From Candidatus Iainarchaeum sp. (GTDB lineage: Archaea; Iainarchaeota; Iainarchaeia; Iainarchaeales; UBA10219): a stretch of DNA of 64,000 bases. The stretch spans positions 67,175 to 131,174 of the forward strand of contig JAGVWE010000006.1 in assembly GCA_018304425.1 (NCBI GenBank), given 5' to 3'. Shown here one piece after another: positions 26,198 through 36,218 of this stretch. How positions within the stretch are numbered: the first letter of the stretch is position 1; every line of letters begins with the position of its first letter. The notes beneath the pieces were generated by a model that searched no databases, had not been told where the DNA came from, and was given only the letters and a program-made list of their open reading frames with translations. Both the position numbers and the translations under genes were made by a program.

Positions 26198-26903
26198 GGC
26201 CGAATTCCTCCTTTACCTGCTTATACCGTTCGAGGGTGCCGATGTCCCGCATATAGTCTGTTGAAACAAAGCCATATAATGGTTTACTGGCCCCCTTTGC
26301 GGCTGCCTTCACGAGGGCGGGGAAGACGTCGCGGCCGAAGTCCAGGGGAGTGGCATGGGGAATGCCCTTGAAGATGGCGGGTTCCAGGACGTAGCAGCCC
26401 GCATTGGTGAGACCCCCGAGCACGGCAGCTGCCTTGCGGCCGAAGAACGTGATGCGGTTTTGGGAGTCGAGTTCGGCGAGGTCGCTGTCTGCCGGGTGGT
26501 CGGAGGGGTGGAGGACGAGCGAGGCCAGGCCCCCGTGTTCCTGGTGGAAGGCGATGAGCTTGGAGTAATCGAGTCGGCTGGCGACGTCGCCGTAGACGAC
26601 AAGGAAGGTTTCCCCTGGCTGGGATTCGAGTTGCCGGACGCTGCCCGCGGTGCCGAGGAATTCCGGGTCCACCGAGTACGTGATGTGGGCCTTGAACCGT
26701 TCCCCGTAGCCGAAGTAGTCGGAGATTTTTTCGCGCTGGTGGGAAACGCATAAGAGGAGGTCTTGGATGCCGTGCCGGACCAGTCCTTCCACGAGCCACT
26801 CAAGCAGGGGCTTGCCGGCCACGGGCAGCATGACTTTGGGCGTGTCCTGGGTCAGGGGCCTCAACCGTTCCCCCTTTCCTCCCGCGAGGATGACGGCTTT
26901 CAT
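26184..26903 (-). CDS. hddC: D-glycero-alpha-D-manno-heptose 1-phosphate guanylyltransferase
   Basis: MKAVILAGGKGERLRPLT sugar-1-P NTP-transferase motif; overlaps hddA by 14 nt. Confidence 0.75.
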   Translation of the reverse strand: MKAVILAGGKGERLRPLTQDTPKVMLPVAGKPLLEWLVEGLVRHGIQDLLLCVSHQREKISDYFGYGERFKAHITYSVDPEFLGTAGSVRQLESQPGETFLVVYGDVASRLDYSKLIAFHQEHGGLASLVLHPSDHPADSDLAELDSQNRITFFGRKAAAVLGGLTNAGCYVLEPAIFKGIPHATPLDFGRDVFPALVKAAAKGASKPLYGFVSTDYMRDIGTLERYKQVKEEFGLDRQ

Positions 26904-28507
26904 GGCTTTGCCTCCGGCCGGGCGAAGGCCTGCAGGAACCGGCCGACGCGGCCGATGCGGGCGAACAACTGCCCGTCCTGCCGGGGAAAGGGCTTCAGGT
27001 AGAGGGAAACCGCGGCGTAAACGCCGGCAGCCACCAGGACGAGGAACAGGAGGCTGGACAGGGAATGGACCTGGTCCCTGAACAGGTAAACAAACAAGCC
27101 CATGCCCAGGGTGGCCGCGAGGGTCGCACTCAAATCGCGGAAGGGGATGCGGAGCCGGACTTTTCGCCGGGTGAGGAAGAACTCGAGGAGCATCATGACC
27201 AGGAAACCGGCCGCGTTCACCAAGGCAACCGTGAGGATGCCTTGCCCGGACTGGAGGAGGAGGACGTTGGCCGCGGTGGTGACGAGGAAAACCGTTTTCG
27301 CGTAGAGCCCGATTTCCGGGCGTTCAATCGTGTTGTAGATGTTGACGATGGAGTGCCGGAAGGAAAGCAGGCCGTGGGAGACGGCTGCCACGATGAAGAC
27401 GTTGACGGCCACCAGGTATTTGGGGTCGAACACGAATTGAATGGTTTGGGGCGCGAGCAGGACGAGGCCCAGCAGGGTGGGGAAGACGAAGAAGGCCGTG
27501 AACCGCGAATAGGCTTGGAAGAAGTATTCGAGTTCGCCGAGGTTCTTGGACTGGGTGAAGCGTTTGACGACCGAGGGGAACACGACCAGGGCCGAGACCA
27601 CGGCAGGGGAATAGGCCATGAGCACCTGGGGCATTTTCACGCCGAAGGAGTACCAGGCGATGGCGGTTGTGCCGGCGAAGTAGCCGATGAGGAGGTTGTC
27701 GATGGTGAGGTTGGTGACGAGTTCGCCGAGGTAGCTGAGCTGGCTGAAGGCCCCGTACCGTAGCACGCGCTTGAAGTCCGAGAACTTCGCGCCCAGGTCG
27801 GGGAGGTCGAGGAGCGCGGATTTCAGGGAGAGGAAGCCTATCGAGGCCGTCAGGAGGCTGGAGGCGAGGATGACGGCCAGTACGGTGCCCAGGGGCCCAA
27901 CCGGCCCGGTGAGCCCAGTCGACCCCGTCAACCCGGCCAGCCCGGTCACGGAGAGGCCTTGGGAGAGGGCCAGGAACGCGAACACGAGGACGAACCCGGT
28001 GTAAAACACGCGCATGACGGCGCGGGGCTTTTGCCGGAGCAGCGCGTTGAGCGTCCAGTCGAATACCCCGGTGAGGAGTTGGACGAAGTTGATGAAGGCG
28101 AAGAGCCACACGTAGAGGGGGTGGAAGCCCGTGCTCTTGAACACCGCGTTGAAGACGCCTGGGAACAGGCCCAGCAGCACCAGCACCAGCAACCCGTTGG
28201 CAAGGGTGAGCTTGACTGAAAAGCCGAAGAGGTCCTTGGCGGAGCGGTAGTTTTTTTTCGCCATGTAATCCGGGATGAACCGGGCCAGCGCGTAGAGGAC
28301 CGCTCCCGAAACCAGTCCGAGGAAGGTGACCGTGCTGAAGAACAACGAGTAAATCCCGAACTCGTCCACGGGCAGGAACTTGATGAGGACCAGGGTCACG
28401 AGGAACTGCAGGAGGATGCCGGCGTTGGCCGCCACGTAATTGAACAAGGCGCCTTTCGCCGTGCGCTGGTACAAATCGTCGAACTCGCCGTCCATGTCTA
28501 GTCTCAC
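26900..28507 (-). CDS. MOP-superfamily oligosaccharide flippase (Wzx-like)
   Basis: 535 aa, ~14 TM helices, polysaccharide-biosynthesis-protein architecture. Confidence 0.7.
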   Translation of the reverse strand: MRLDMDGEFDDLYQRTAKGALFNYVAANAGILLQFLVTLVLIKFLPVDEFGIYSLFFSTVTFLGLVSGAVLYALARFIPDYMAKKNYRSAKDLFGFSVKLTLANGLLVLVLLGLFPGVFNAVFKSTGFHPLYVWLFAFINFVQLLTGVFDWTLNALLRQKPRAVMRVFYTGFVLVFAFLALSQGLSVTGLAGLTGSTGLTGPVGPLGTVLAVILASSLLTASIGFLSLKSALLDLPDLGAKFSDFKRVLRYGAFSQLSYLGELVTNLTIDNLLIGYFAGTTAIAWYSFGVKMPQVLMAYSPAVVSALVVFPSVVKRFTQSKNLGELEYFFQAYSRFTAFFVFPTLLGLVLLAPQTIQFVFDPKYLVAVNVFIVAAVSHGLLSFRHSIVNIYNTIERPEIGLYAKTVFLVTTAANVLLLQSGQGILTVALVNAAGFLVMMLLEFFLTRRKVRLRIPFRDLSATLAATLGMGLFVYLFRDQVHSLSSLLFLVLVAAGVYAAVSLYLKPFPRQDGQLFARIGRVGRFLQAFARPEAKP

Positions 28508-29787
28508 CTCCCGATGCCCTTGTACCGGATGCCGGCGGCAAGGATGCCTTCCTTGTCCAGGGCATTGCGGGCATCGAAGACCGCTTTCACGTTCCAGGCT
28601 TTCAGTTGCCGGGGGGAAAGGCTTTTGACGAAGGAACGGTGGTTGGTGGCGAGGAGGACGCAGTCGGCTCCCTGCACGGCTTCTTCGAGGGAACGGACAT
28701 TGCTTTTGCCGGGGACGAACGGGTCGAAGGCCTTGAGGGACTTGTTCTTGGCGGACAACAAGCGCAGGATTTCCAGGGCCGGGCTCTCCCGCACGTCATC
28801 CACGTCCGCCTTATAGGAAAGGCCTAAAAGGGCCAGGTGGGCGGTTTCAACGGGTTTGCCGAGGCTGGCCAGCAGTTGCTCGACGAGGGAAACCGCGTAG
28901 ACGGGCATGGCGTTGTTCAGGGAGCGCGCCAGCGAGACAAACCGGTGCTCGAAACCCTTTTCCCGTGCGCGCTCGATGAGGTAATACGGGTCCTTGGGGA
29001 TGCACGTTCCCCCGACTCCCGGCCCGGGATAAAAGGGCATGAAGCCGAATGGTTTCGTGGAACAACCCTTGATGACCTCCAAGACGTCGATGCCGAGCTT
29101 GTCAAAGGACATCGCAATCTCGTTGATGAACGCGATGTTCACGTCCCGAAAGGTGTTCTCCATGATTTTCACGGCTTCCGCGGCCTTGATGGAGTTCAAG
29201 GGGGTTACGCTGGCCGCCAGGATTTTCCGGTAGAATTTCACGGCCTCGGTCGTCGAGTGTTCGTCGACGCCGCCGACGACCCGTGGGATGTTTTCAAGTG
29301 CGAACTCCTGGTTGCCGGGGTCGATGCGTTCCGGGCAGTGCACGAGCCCGAAATCCTTTCCGGCCCTGAGGCCGCTTTGCTCGAGCAGGGGTTTCACGAT
29401 TTCATCCGTGACCCCGGGATACACCGTGGACTCGATGACGACCAGCATGCCTTTCCGGAGATGCCGGGCAAGGGTCCGGCAAGCCGATTCCACGAAGCCC
29501 AGGTCGGGGTGCTTGTCTTGCGTGACGGGGGTTGGGACGCAGACCAGGACGATGTCCGCCCCTGAAAGCGCGAGCCCCGCGTCACCGGTGGCAAGCAGTT
29601 TCCCTTTCACGGCCTTGACTGCCTTGATTAAAGCGGGGTCCCGGATGTGGCTCTTGCCTTGATTGACCTGGTCTACCACCCTGGGATTGAGTTCAAGGCC
29701 ATGGGTTTTGAAGCCCTTTTTGGCTACCAGGCAGGCCACCGGCAGCCCCACATACCCCAGCCCCATGACAGCCACGGTTTTCGGCAT
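28504..29787 (-). CDS. nucleotide-sugar dehydrogenase (UDP-ManNAc/UDP-GlcNAc 6-dehydrogenase-like)
   Basis: VAVMGLGYVGLP, catalytic GGTCIPKDP (Cys) motif. Confidence 0.8.
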   Translation of the reverse strand: MPKTVAVMGLGYVGLPVACLVAKKGFKTHGLELNPRVVDQVNQGKSHIRDPALIKAVKAVKGKLLATGDAGLALSGADIVLVCVPTPVTQDKHPDLGFVESACRTLARHLRKGMLVVIESTVYPGVTDEIVKPLLEQSGLRAGKDFGLVHCPERIDPGNQEFALENIPRVVGGVDEHSTTEAVKFYRKILAASVTPLNSIKAAEAVKIMENTFRDVNIAFINEIAMSFDKLGIDVLEVIKGCSTKPFGFMPFYPGPGVGGTCIPKDPYYLIERAREKGFEHRFVSLARSLNNAMPVYAVSLVEQLLASLGKPVETAHLALLGLSYKADVDDVRESPALEILRLLSAKNKSLKAFDPFVPGKSNVRSLEEAVQGADCVLLATNHRSFVKSLSPRQLKAWNVKAVFDARNALDKEGILAAGIRYKGIGR

Positions 29788-29877
29788 AAAATCCCGTTAA
29801 CCCCCAAATAACAGCAGAATAAGCTAAATAATCATTGCATATATTTTTAAAGGCGTAAACCGGACAATCGTGAAACC

Positions 29878-31380
29878 ATGCCCCTGCCCCGCTTGCACCC
29901 TGGACTCGTTCCCTTGATTGCCGCCGCGGCAACCGTGTTGCTTTCGCTGGGGTTCCTGCAGGCCCGGCCGTTCCCCGACGAAGGCATCTTCGTGACCGGC
30001 GGCTGGCTGGCCAGCCAGGGCCTGCTGCCGTACCGGGACTTCTTCGACATCCACAGCCCCGGCATTTTCTTCGTGCTGGGAAGCTTTTACCGGCTGCTTG
30101 GCTCCGGCCTGGGCCTCGACCTGGCGGGCATGGACTTCCTCTTGGCAGGCCGCTTGCTGGCCGTGCTCGTGAACGCGGCCACCCTCCTAGCCATCTATTT
30201 CCTGGCCCGCAAAATATTCGACGCCTGGACGGGAGCCCTGGCCGTGGTCCTGCACGCGGTCTGGCTGCCGGTCTTCTACGGTTTCTGGGCGGTGATTGAG
30301 CCGTTCACGGCCTTCTTCTCGGCGCTGTCCGTGCTGGCCCTGCACCGGGTGGTGGCCGAAAAACGACGCGAGCCCCTGGACCTGCTCTGGTTGGGCCTCG
30401 CCCTGGGCTTCACCCTGGTGTTCAAGCAGACGCTCCTGGTCTTCGTGGCCGCCATGGTCTTGGTTGCCGCGGCCTACCTCATCGCCTACCGGCAGACCCG
30501 GCACCTGGTTTCCCTCAAGACCCTGGCAGCCGTGGCCGGCTTGGCGACGCCGCTCCTGCTGGTGTTGTTGCCCTATGCCTTGTCCAATGCCTTGCCGGCC
30601 CTCATGCAACAGACCCTTTCCTATGCCGTGGAAAACGCGGGGCTGTTGTCGAACCCAGGCCTCAAAGCCGAGTACCTGGCGGTGCCCCTGCTGTTGTTCT
30701 TTTTCACGCCACTGGGCTTTTACTGGGCGGCAAGGAAGGGCTTGAACCCCTTCGACTCGGCATTCTGGGAACGCGTCATCCTGTTTGCCTGGCTGCTTTC
30801 CACCCTGCCCAACCTCTTTCCGTTCGTGGGCTGCTGCCACCATCTCCTGCCCTTGTCTCCGCCGGCGGCCATCATTTCCGCGGGCGTGGTCATGAAAATC
30901 ATGGGCAACCATTATCCGCGGCTGAAAAAAGTGGCCTTCCTCGCGTTGTTGCTGGTCCTGGCCTTGAACGCCTTCGTCGCCCTCCGCTTGGTGGGCAAGG
31001 ACGAGTTCAAGGGCGTGAAAGAAGTCGCGGCCTTCCTCCAGGCGAATTCCACGCAGCGGGACCGGATTTTCGTGGTGCACGATGACCCCGAAGTCTACTT
31101 CCTCGCCCAACGGCTGCCGGCCACGAAATACATCTACTATCCCTTCCTTTCACCGCAGGGATTCCAGGGGATGCAGGCCGAAATCAAGGCGGACCTCCAG
31201 GCGTTCAAACCCTGGTTTGTGGTGGACTTCTCCGGCACCGGTGAGCCCTTGAACCCCGCGCGGAACGCGGAAGCCGAGCAATGGGTGCTCGACGAGTACG
31301 ATAAAGTCAAGACCTTCGAGTTCGAGTCGCGCTACAACGACTACTACCGGTACGCGTACGTGTACCAACGGAAGGGATAG
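29878..31380 (+). CDS. ArnT/PMT-like (GT-C) polytopic membrane glycosyltransferase
   Basis: N-terminal PDEGIFVTGGW...LPYRDFFD motif region, ~11 TM helices, soluble C-terminal domain. Confidence 0.55.
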   Translation: MPLPRLHPGLVPLIAAAATVLLSLGFLQARPFPDEGIFVTGGWLASQGLLPYRDFFDIHSPGIFFVLGSFYRLLGSGLGLDLAGMDFLLAGRLLAVLVNAATLLAIYFLARKIFDAWTGALAVVLHAVWLPVFYGFWAVIEPFTAFFSALSVLALHRVVAEKRREPLDLLWLGLALGFTLVFKQTLLVFVAAMVLVAAAYLIAYRQTRHLVSLKTLAAVAGLATPLLLVLLPYALSNALPALMQQTLSYAVENAGLLSNPGLKAEYLAVPLLLFFFTPLGFYWAARKGLNPFDSAFWERVILFAWLLSTLPNLFPFVGCCHHLLPLSPPAAIISAGVVMKIMGNHYPRLKKVAFLALLLVLALNAFVALRLVGKDEFKGVKEVAAFLQANSTQRDRIFVVHDDPEVYFLAQRLPATKYIYYPFLSPQGFQGMQAEIKADLQAFKPWFVVDFSGTGEPLNPARNAEAEQWVLDEYDKVKTFEFESRYNDYYRYAYVYQRKG

Positions 31381-31632
31381 CCAAGCGGTTCAAGAAGCGG
31401 ATGCTGCGGTGACTGTAGGCTTTAATGCGACTTCGTGCCTAAAGTAGTTGGTGGTGCAAGTGGTCAAAGCGCGCTCGATAATGGAATTATTTGGGACTAT
31501 AAAAGACCCAAAAATGACTACTCAAGAGTTCAAGGACGAATTGAGGCGGGTTGAAGCCGCCAGCGAACGAAGGCGTTTCGGGTCGCTTCGAAAAAAGAAA
31601 AGTCGGCCACGTAGGTAATGTTTGGTAGACGT

Positions 31633-32322
31633 TCAGATTTTCAACCGCAACTCGACCAGGTCGGAGAGCATGCGGAGGTTGTTGAGGCCGAGCCGCATCT
31701 TAGAGCCCTCAACGTGGCCCCACTCAATGGGAATGGTTTTGAGCTGGTAGCCCTTGCGCTTGAGGCGGTACAGCCATTCGACGTCGAAAATCCAGCCATC
31801 CGAGACCAACTCATTGGCCAGTTCCCGGGCCAGGGGCCTGGAAAGGCCCTTAAACCCGCATAACGCGTCGTAAAAGCCGATGGGAAACAAGAGGTTCACG
31901 AGGAAGTTGAAGGCCTTCCCGAGCAGGATGCGGCGCAGGGGCTGGGAGACCACGATGCGCGTCCCCGGCTCCTTGCGGGAAGCCACGACCACCGGGTTCG
32001 CCTGGAGCGCGGCCTCCATCTTGTCGAGTTCCCTGGCGGGAGTGGAGCCGTCCGCGTCCATGAAGACCACACCCGCGTTTTTGGCGGCCGCGTAGCCCGT
32101 GCGGATGGCCGCGCCCTTGCCCCTGTTTTTTTCGTGGCGCAGCAGCACGACGTCCTTGCCGAGTTTTTTGACGACGTCAACCGTCTTATCCTTGCTGCCG
32201 TCGTCGACGACGATGAGCTCGACGGGGTAGGCCGCGCGCCGCTTGAAGGCCACAAGCTCGGAGAGAAAGGGCTGGATCCGGGTTTCCTCGTTGTAGGCCG
32301 GGATGATGACGGATAGCGCCAT
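31633..32322 (-). CDS. family 2 glycosyltransferase (DPM-synthase-like)
   Basis: LSVIIPAYNEE...LIVVDDGSKDKT...FMDADGST; start taken at internal Met. Confidence 0.8.
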   Translation of the reverse strand: MALSVIIPAYNEETRIQPFLSELVAFKRRAAYPVELIVVDDGSKDKTVDVVKKLGKDVVLLRHEKNRGKGAAIRTGYAAAKNAGVVFMDADGSTPARELDKMEAALQANPVVVASRKEPGTRIVVSQPLRRILLGKAFNFLVNLLFPIGFYDALCGFKGLSRPLARELANELVSDGWIFDVEWLYRLKRKGYQLKTIPIEWGHVEGSKMRLGLNNLRMLSDLVELRLKI

Positions 32323-32339
32323 GGGAATGCCCTCACACC

Positions 32340-33290
32340 TCACACCAGTTGCTGCCGGAAGTAATCAATCGTGAGCCCTAACCCCTCGTCCAGGGAAACC
32401 CTTGGCCTCCACCGGAGTTCGCGCCGGGCCTTGGAGATGTCCGGCTTCCTCCGGGTCGGGTCGTCTTCGGGCAGCGGCTTGAAAACGATTCGGCTCTTCG
32501 AGCCGGATAGTTTCCTTATTTTTTTCGCGAAGGCGAGCACCGTGAACTCGGCGGGGTTGCCGAGGTTGGTGGGCCCGGGAAACCGGGAGTTCATCAAGGA
32601 GTGGAGGCCTTTCACGAGGTCCGAGACAAAGCAGAAGGAGCGGGTCTGGCGGCCATCCCCGTAAACCGTCAGGGGCTGGCCTAAAACGGCTTGCTTGACC
32701 AGGTTCGGCACGACTCTCCCGTCTTTTAGGTCCATGCGCGGCCCATAGGTGTTGAAGATGCGCGCAATCCGGGTCTCCACCTTGAAGCGCCTCCGGTACA
32801 CCATGACCAGGGCTTCCGCGTACCGCTTGCTCTCGTCATAGCAGGAACGCAAGCCGATGGGGTTGACGTTGCCCCAGTAGTCCTCGCGCTGGGGATGCAC
32901 TTTTGGGTCGCCGTAGACTTCCGAAGTCGAAGCCTGCAGGAAGCGCGCACGGTTCCTGAGGGCAAGGTCCAGCATGTTCTTGACGCCGTACGAACCGACC
33001 AGAATGGTTTCCAGGGGCTTCTTGTAATACCCCACCGGCGAAGCCGGCGAGGCCAGGTTGTAGACTTGCCTTAGTTTCACGCCGGGCTTGAAGGGCCGGG
33101 TGATGTCCTGCTTCCTGAACCTGAACCGGGGATGGCCCAGGAGGTGCGCGATGTTCCGCTTGTTGCCGGTAACAGTGTTGTCCACGCATAGCACGCGTTC
33201 GCCTCTCGCAACCAGGTAATCGCATAAGTGGGAGCCGATGAAACCCGCGCCCCCCGAAACCAATATCCACTTCGCCTTGCCAACCGCCAT
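32340..33290 (-). CDS. uxs: UDP-glucuronate decarboxylase (UDP-xylose synthase)
   Basis: ILVSGGAGFIGSHL, ...TSEVYGDP...YDESKRYAE, high similarity pattern to UXS; start at MAVGKAKW. Confidence 0.8.
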   Translation of the reverse strand: MAVGKAKWILVSGGAGFIGSHLCDYLVARGERVLCVDNTVTGNKRNIAHLLGHPRFRFRKQDITRPFKPGVKLRQVYNLASPASPVGYYKKPLETILVGSYGVKNMLDLALRNRARFLQASTSEVYGDPKVHPQREDYWGNVNPIGLRSCYDESKRYAEALVMVYRRRFKVETRIARIFNTYGPRMDLKDGRVVPNLVKQAVLGQPLTVYGDGRQTRSFCFVSDLVKGLHSLMNSRFPGPTNLGNPAEFTVLAFAKKIRKLSGSKSRIVFKPLPEDDPTRRKPDISKARRELRWRPRVSLDEGLGLTIDYFRQQLV

Positions 33291-33291
33291 G

Positions 33292-34248
33292 TCAACGCGC
33301 CCCCCGGTGCGGCTCCCGGGCAAACCATTCCACGGTTTGCTTCAAGCCCACGTCAAAGGAATGCCGGGGCGTGAACCCCAGCAGCCGCTTGGTCTTGGCC
33401 ATGTCGGCCTGGGTGTGCAGCACGTCTCCCGGGCGGAGCGGCTGGTATTCCGGCTTCACCGAACGGCCCAGCAAGGCATTTACTTTGTCCAGTAGTTCGC
33501 GGACCTTGATGGAGTTGCCCTGGCCCACGTTGAAGACCTCGCCACAAGCCCGTTCCCCGGCCCTTAAAGCCGTTAGATTGGCATCCACGACGTTCTTTAC
33601 ATAGGTGAAATCGCGGGACTGCATGCCGTCGCCGTAGATGACGGGCGAGCGGCCTTCGAGCACGGACGAGATGAAGCGCGGGATGACCGAGGAATACTGC
33701 GAGCTGGGGTCCTGGCGTTCGCCGAAGACGTTGAAGTAACGCAGGCACACGGTTTCAAGGCCGAGGCACTCGTAAAACATGCGGCAATAGAGTTCGCCTC
33801 CCAGTTTCGAGACCGCGTAGGGGGAGAGCGGGCCGGGGAGAAGCGATTCGCCCAGCGGCATCTTTTCGGCGTTGCCGTACGCGGAGGAAGAGGCCGCGTA
33901 GACCACGCGCTGGACATTGTTTTCCTTCGCCACTTTCAGCACCGTGTAGGTGCCATCCACGTTGACGCGGTTGTATTCGAGGGGCCGCTTGAAGGACTCA
34001 GGAACCGAGCGCAGCGCGGCTTCGTGGAAGACAAAGGCGCAGCCCTTCATGGCCCGTCCCAGCGTGTCCTCATTGAGGATGTCGCCTGACTGGAAATTGA
34101 TTTGCTTCATCACGGCCGCGAGGTTCTGGCGGCTGCCCGTGGAAAGGTTGTCGAGCACGCGGACTTCAAAGCCCTTTTCGAGCAGGCCCTCCACCAGGTG
34201 CGAGCCGATGAAGCCGGCTCCCCCCGTAACCAGAACCCTTTCAGCCAT
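33292..34248 (-). CDS. NAD-dependent nucleotide-sugar 4-epimerase (WbpP/GalE-like)
   Basis: VLVTGGAGFIGSHL, YAVSKLGGE; start at MAERVLV. Confidence 0.8.
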   Translation of the reverse strand: MAERVLVTGGAGFIGSHLVEGLLEKGFEVRVLDNLSTGSRQNLAAVMKQINFQSGDILNEDTLGRAMKGCAFVFHEAALRSVPESFKRPLEYNRVNVDGTYTVLKVAKENNVQRVVYAASSSAYGNAEKMPLGESLLPGPLSPYAVSKLGGELYCRMFYECLGLETVCLRYFNVFGERQDPSSQYSSVIPRFISSVLEGRSPVIYGDGMQSRDFTYVKNVVDANLTALRAGERACGEVFNVGQGNSIKVRELLDKVNALLGRSVKPEYQPLRPGDVLHTQADMAKTKRLLGFTPRHSFDVGLKQTVEWFAREPHRGAR

Positions 34249-34249
34249 T

Positions 34250-35035
34250 TCATCCCCCGTTGAATTCCTCGCGGGCCTTGCCAAGCTGCTCGAAGGAACC
34301 GATGTCAAACCACTTGTCCTTGAAGACGAAGCCCATGACTTGCTCGCGGGTGTGCAGCCATTCCAGGAAATAGCCGGGCGCGTCCGCCTTCCCGCCTTCC
34401 GCCAGGAACTGGCCTATGAGGCCAATGGCGGCCTTTGGGAAGAAGTAGATGCCGGTGGAAATCAGGTTGGACTTGGGTTCGAGGGGCTTTTCCTCAAACC
34501 CCTTGACGAGGTTGCTGCCGTTGAGTTCCACCACCCCGAACTTGCCGGCCACCTCTGCCTTGGAGAGCCCGCCATACAGGCCCACGAGGGGCTTTCCAGC
34601 GCAGACCTTGCCTTGCGAGGCTTTTCGCTGCGACTCAAACAACTCATAGGGGACGTTCAACGAGAAGTTGAACAGGTTGTCCCCGTTGACGACCATGAAG
34701 TCCTCGTCCAGCTTTTCCTCGTCGAAGACGTACTTGAGGTCTCCCATGGTGCCCAGCCGGTCCTCGTTGGACTGGGTGTGGTCGTTGATTATCTTTATCT
34801 TCACGCCGAAGTCGCGGTGCTTTTCCTGGAACTCTTCCAGCCAGTAGTCGAAGTTCTCGTAGAACCGGGCGTTCGTGACGATGAGGACTTCATCAATGGC
34901 CTTGACTTCCCGTATCTTGGAGAGGATGTGCTCGAGGATGGGCTTGCCCTTGACTTCAAGCAGGGCCTTCGGCGTGTCCCTGGTCAACGGATACAACCTG
35001 GTAGCATAGCCTGCCGCCGGAATGATGGCTTTCAT
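34250..35035 (-). CDS. sugar-1-phosphate nucleotidyltransferase
   Basis: MKAIIPAAGYATRLYPLT motif. Confidence 0.8.
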   Translation of the reverse strand: MKAIIPAAGYATRLYPLTRDTPKALLEVKGKPILEHILSKIREVKAIDEVLIVTNARFYENFDYWLEEFQEKHRDFGVKIKIINDHTQSNEDRLGTMGDLKYVFDEEKLDEDFMVVNGDNLFNFSLNVPYELFESQRKASQGKVCAGKPLVGLYGGLSKAEVAGKFGVVELNGSNLVKGFEEKPLEPKSNLISTGIYFFPKAAIGLIGQFLAEGGKADAPGYFLEWLHTREQVMGFVFKDKWFDIGSFEQLGKAREEFNGG

Positions 35036-35051
35036 TGGAATAACCTGTAAA

Positions 35052-36194
35052 CTACTTGGTCATCAGCTTGCGGACCGCGGCCGCGCTGCCCTGGGAGTTG
35101 AAGGCGGTCATGAAAATCCTGGCCTCGCTGTAGGCAACGGCTTCAATCGTGTCCTTCGTGGACTGCCGCACGCTGTAAATACGCGTAAAGAACTCCTTGA
35201 TGGCGAATTTGCCGTATTTGCCGAAGACCTCGACGTCGGACTTCATGCCCTTCTTCCGGGCTTCCCCGCCATAGGCCTTGAGCGTCCAGTCCCAGATGTC
35301 CTGGTAGAGGCCGGGCTCGCATACCTTGAAGACGTCGTAGACGAGGTTCATCCAGAAGGTGCCCACGTTGGCTTTGCTGATGTATTTCTTGGGGAACTGC
35401 GTCGCAATCAGGTGCCTCGGGGTTCCCGTTACCCCGTGCTGGGCGATGCGCACCTTTTGTCCCAGCCGCTCCAGGGCCTGCGCGATTTCAAGGGTACGCG
35501 GCAAGTCAATCGACAACTGCTCGATGGGCATTCCCCGGTCATCGTAGAGGTTGCCGTGCGTGCTGCCATTGGAAGTGGCCAGCACGTGGGGGAAAACGCC
35601 GTTGGCGTTCAAGGCCTTGACGAAAGTGGTGGCTTCCTCGGGCTTCGTGATGATCATGCCGTGCTGGTCCTTCCAGCCGACTTCGCCGACTTCGACTTCG
35701 AGGCCAAACGGGGTCTTGCCCATGCGCTGCTGCAGCCATTTGACCATGTGGGTCGTGCACTCGATGTTTTTCTTGAGCTGGTCGGCAACGGTTTTCCCCT
35801 GCAAGTCGAACAGGAAGCTGGCGTCAACCGCAAAGCTGGTGTAACCGGCCTTGATTTGCGCGTCAATCAAGGCCTTGAGCTTGTCCATTTCCTCCTGCGA
35901 GCCCTTCTTGACCGGCAGGTGGTCGGCGTGCAGCGCCCATATATCCCAGCCCACTTGCTTGGCGGCCTTCTTGCATTCGGCCGCGAACGTTTCAGGCGTG
36001 AGGCCGGTGTAGCCGCCGTCCAGGTCGCACTCGGACTTGGCCAGCTCCAGGATGACCGCCGAATCCAGGTCCCTGGCCGCCCGGAGGATGCCGGGAATGA
36101 CCAGGGCGATGCGGGCATTGGCCGCCATGACAATGGCTTCAAGGTCTTTCACGGCCTCGAAAAGGTAGTTCCCCGGAATAGGTCTGCCATGCAT
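35052..36194 (-). CDS. fba: class II (metal-dependent) fructose/ketose-bisphosphate aldolase
   Basis: LHADHL (HxDH Zn ligands), SNGSTHGNLY (cf. AIGNxHGxY), IAQHGVTGTP (cf. LVLHGGSG). Confidence 0.75.
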   Translation of the reverse strand: MHGRPIPGNYLFEAVKDLEAIVMAANARIALVIPGILRAARDLDSAVILELAKSECDLDGGYTGLTPETFAAECKKAAKQVGWDIWALHADHLPVKKGSQEEMDKLKALIDAQIKAGYTSFAVDASFLFDLQGKTVADQLKKNIECTTHMVKWLQQRMGKTPFGLEVEVGEVGWKDQHGMIITKPEEATTFVKALNANGVFPHVLATSNGSTHGNLYDDRGMPIEQLSIDLPRTLEIAQALERLGQKVRIAQHGVTGTPRHLIATQFPKKYISKANVGTFWMNLVYDVFKVCEPGLYQDIWDWTLKAYGGEARKKGMKSDVEVFGKYGKFAIKEFFTRIYSVRQSTKDTIEAVAYSEARIFMTAFNSQGSAAAVRKLMTK

Positions 36195-36218
36195 GATGAC
36201 GCTCCATTACTCCCTAAA

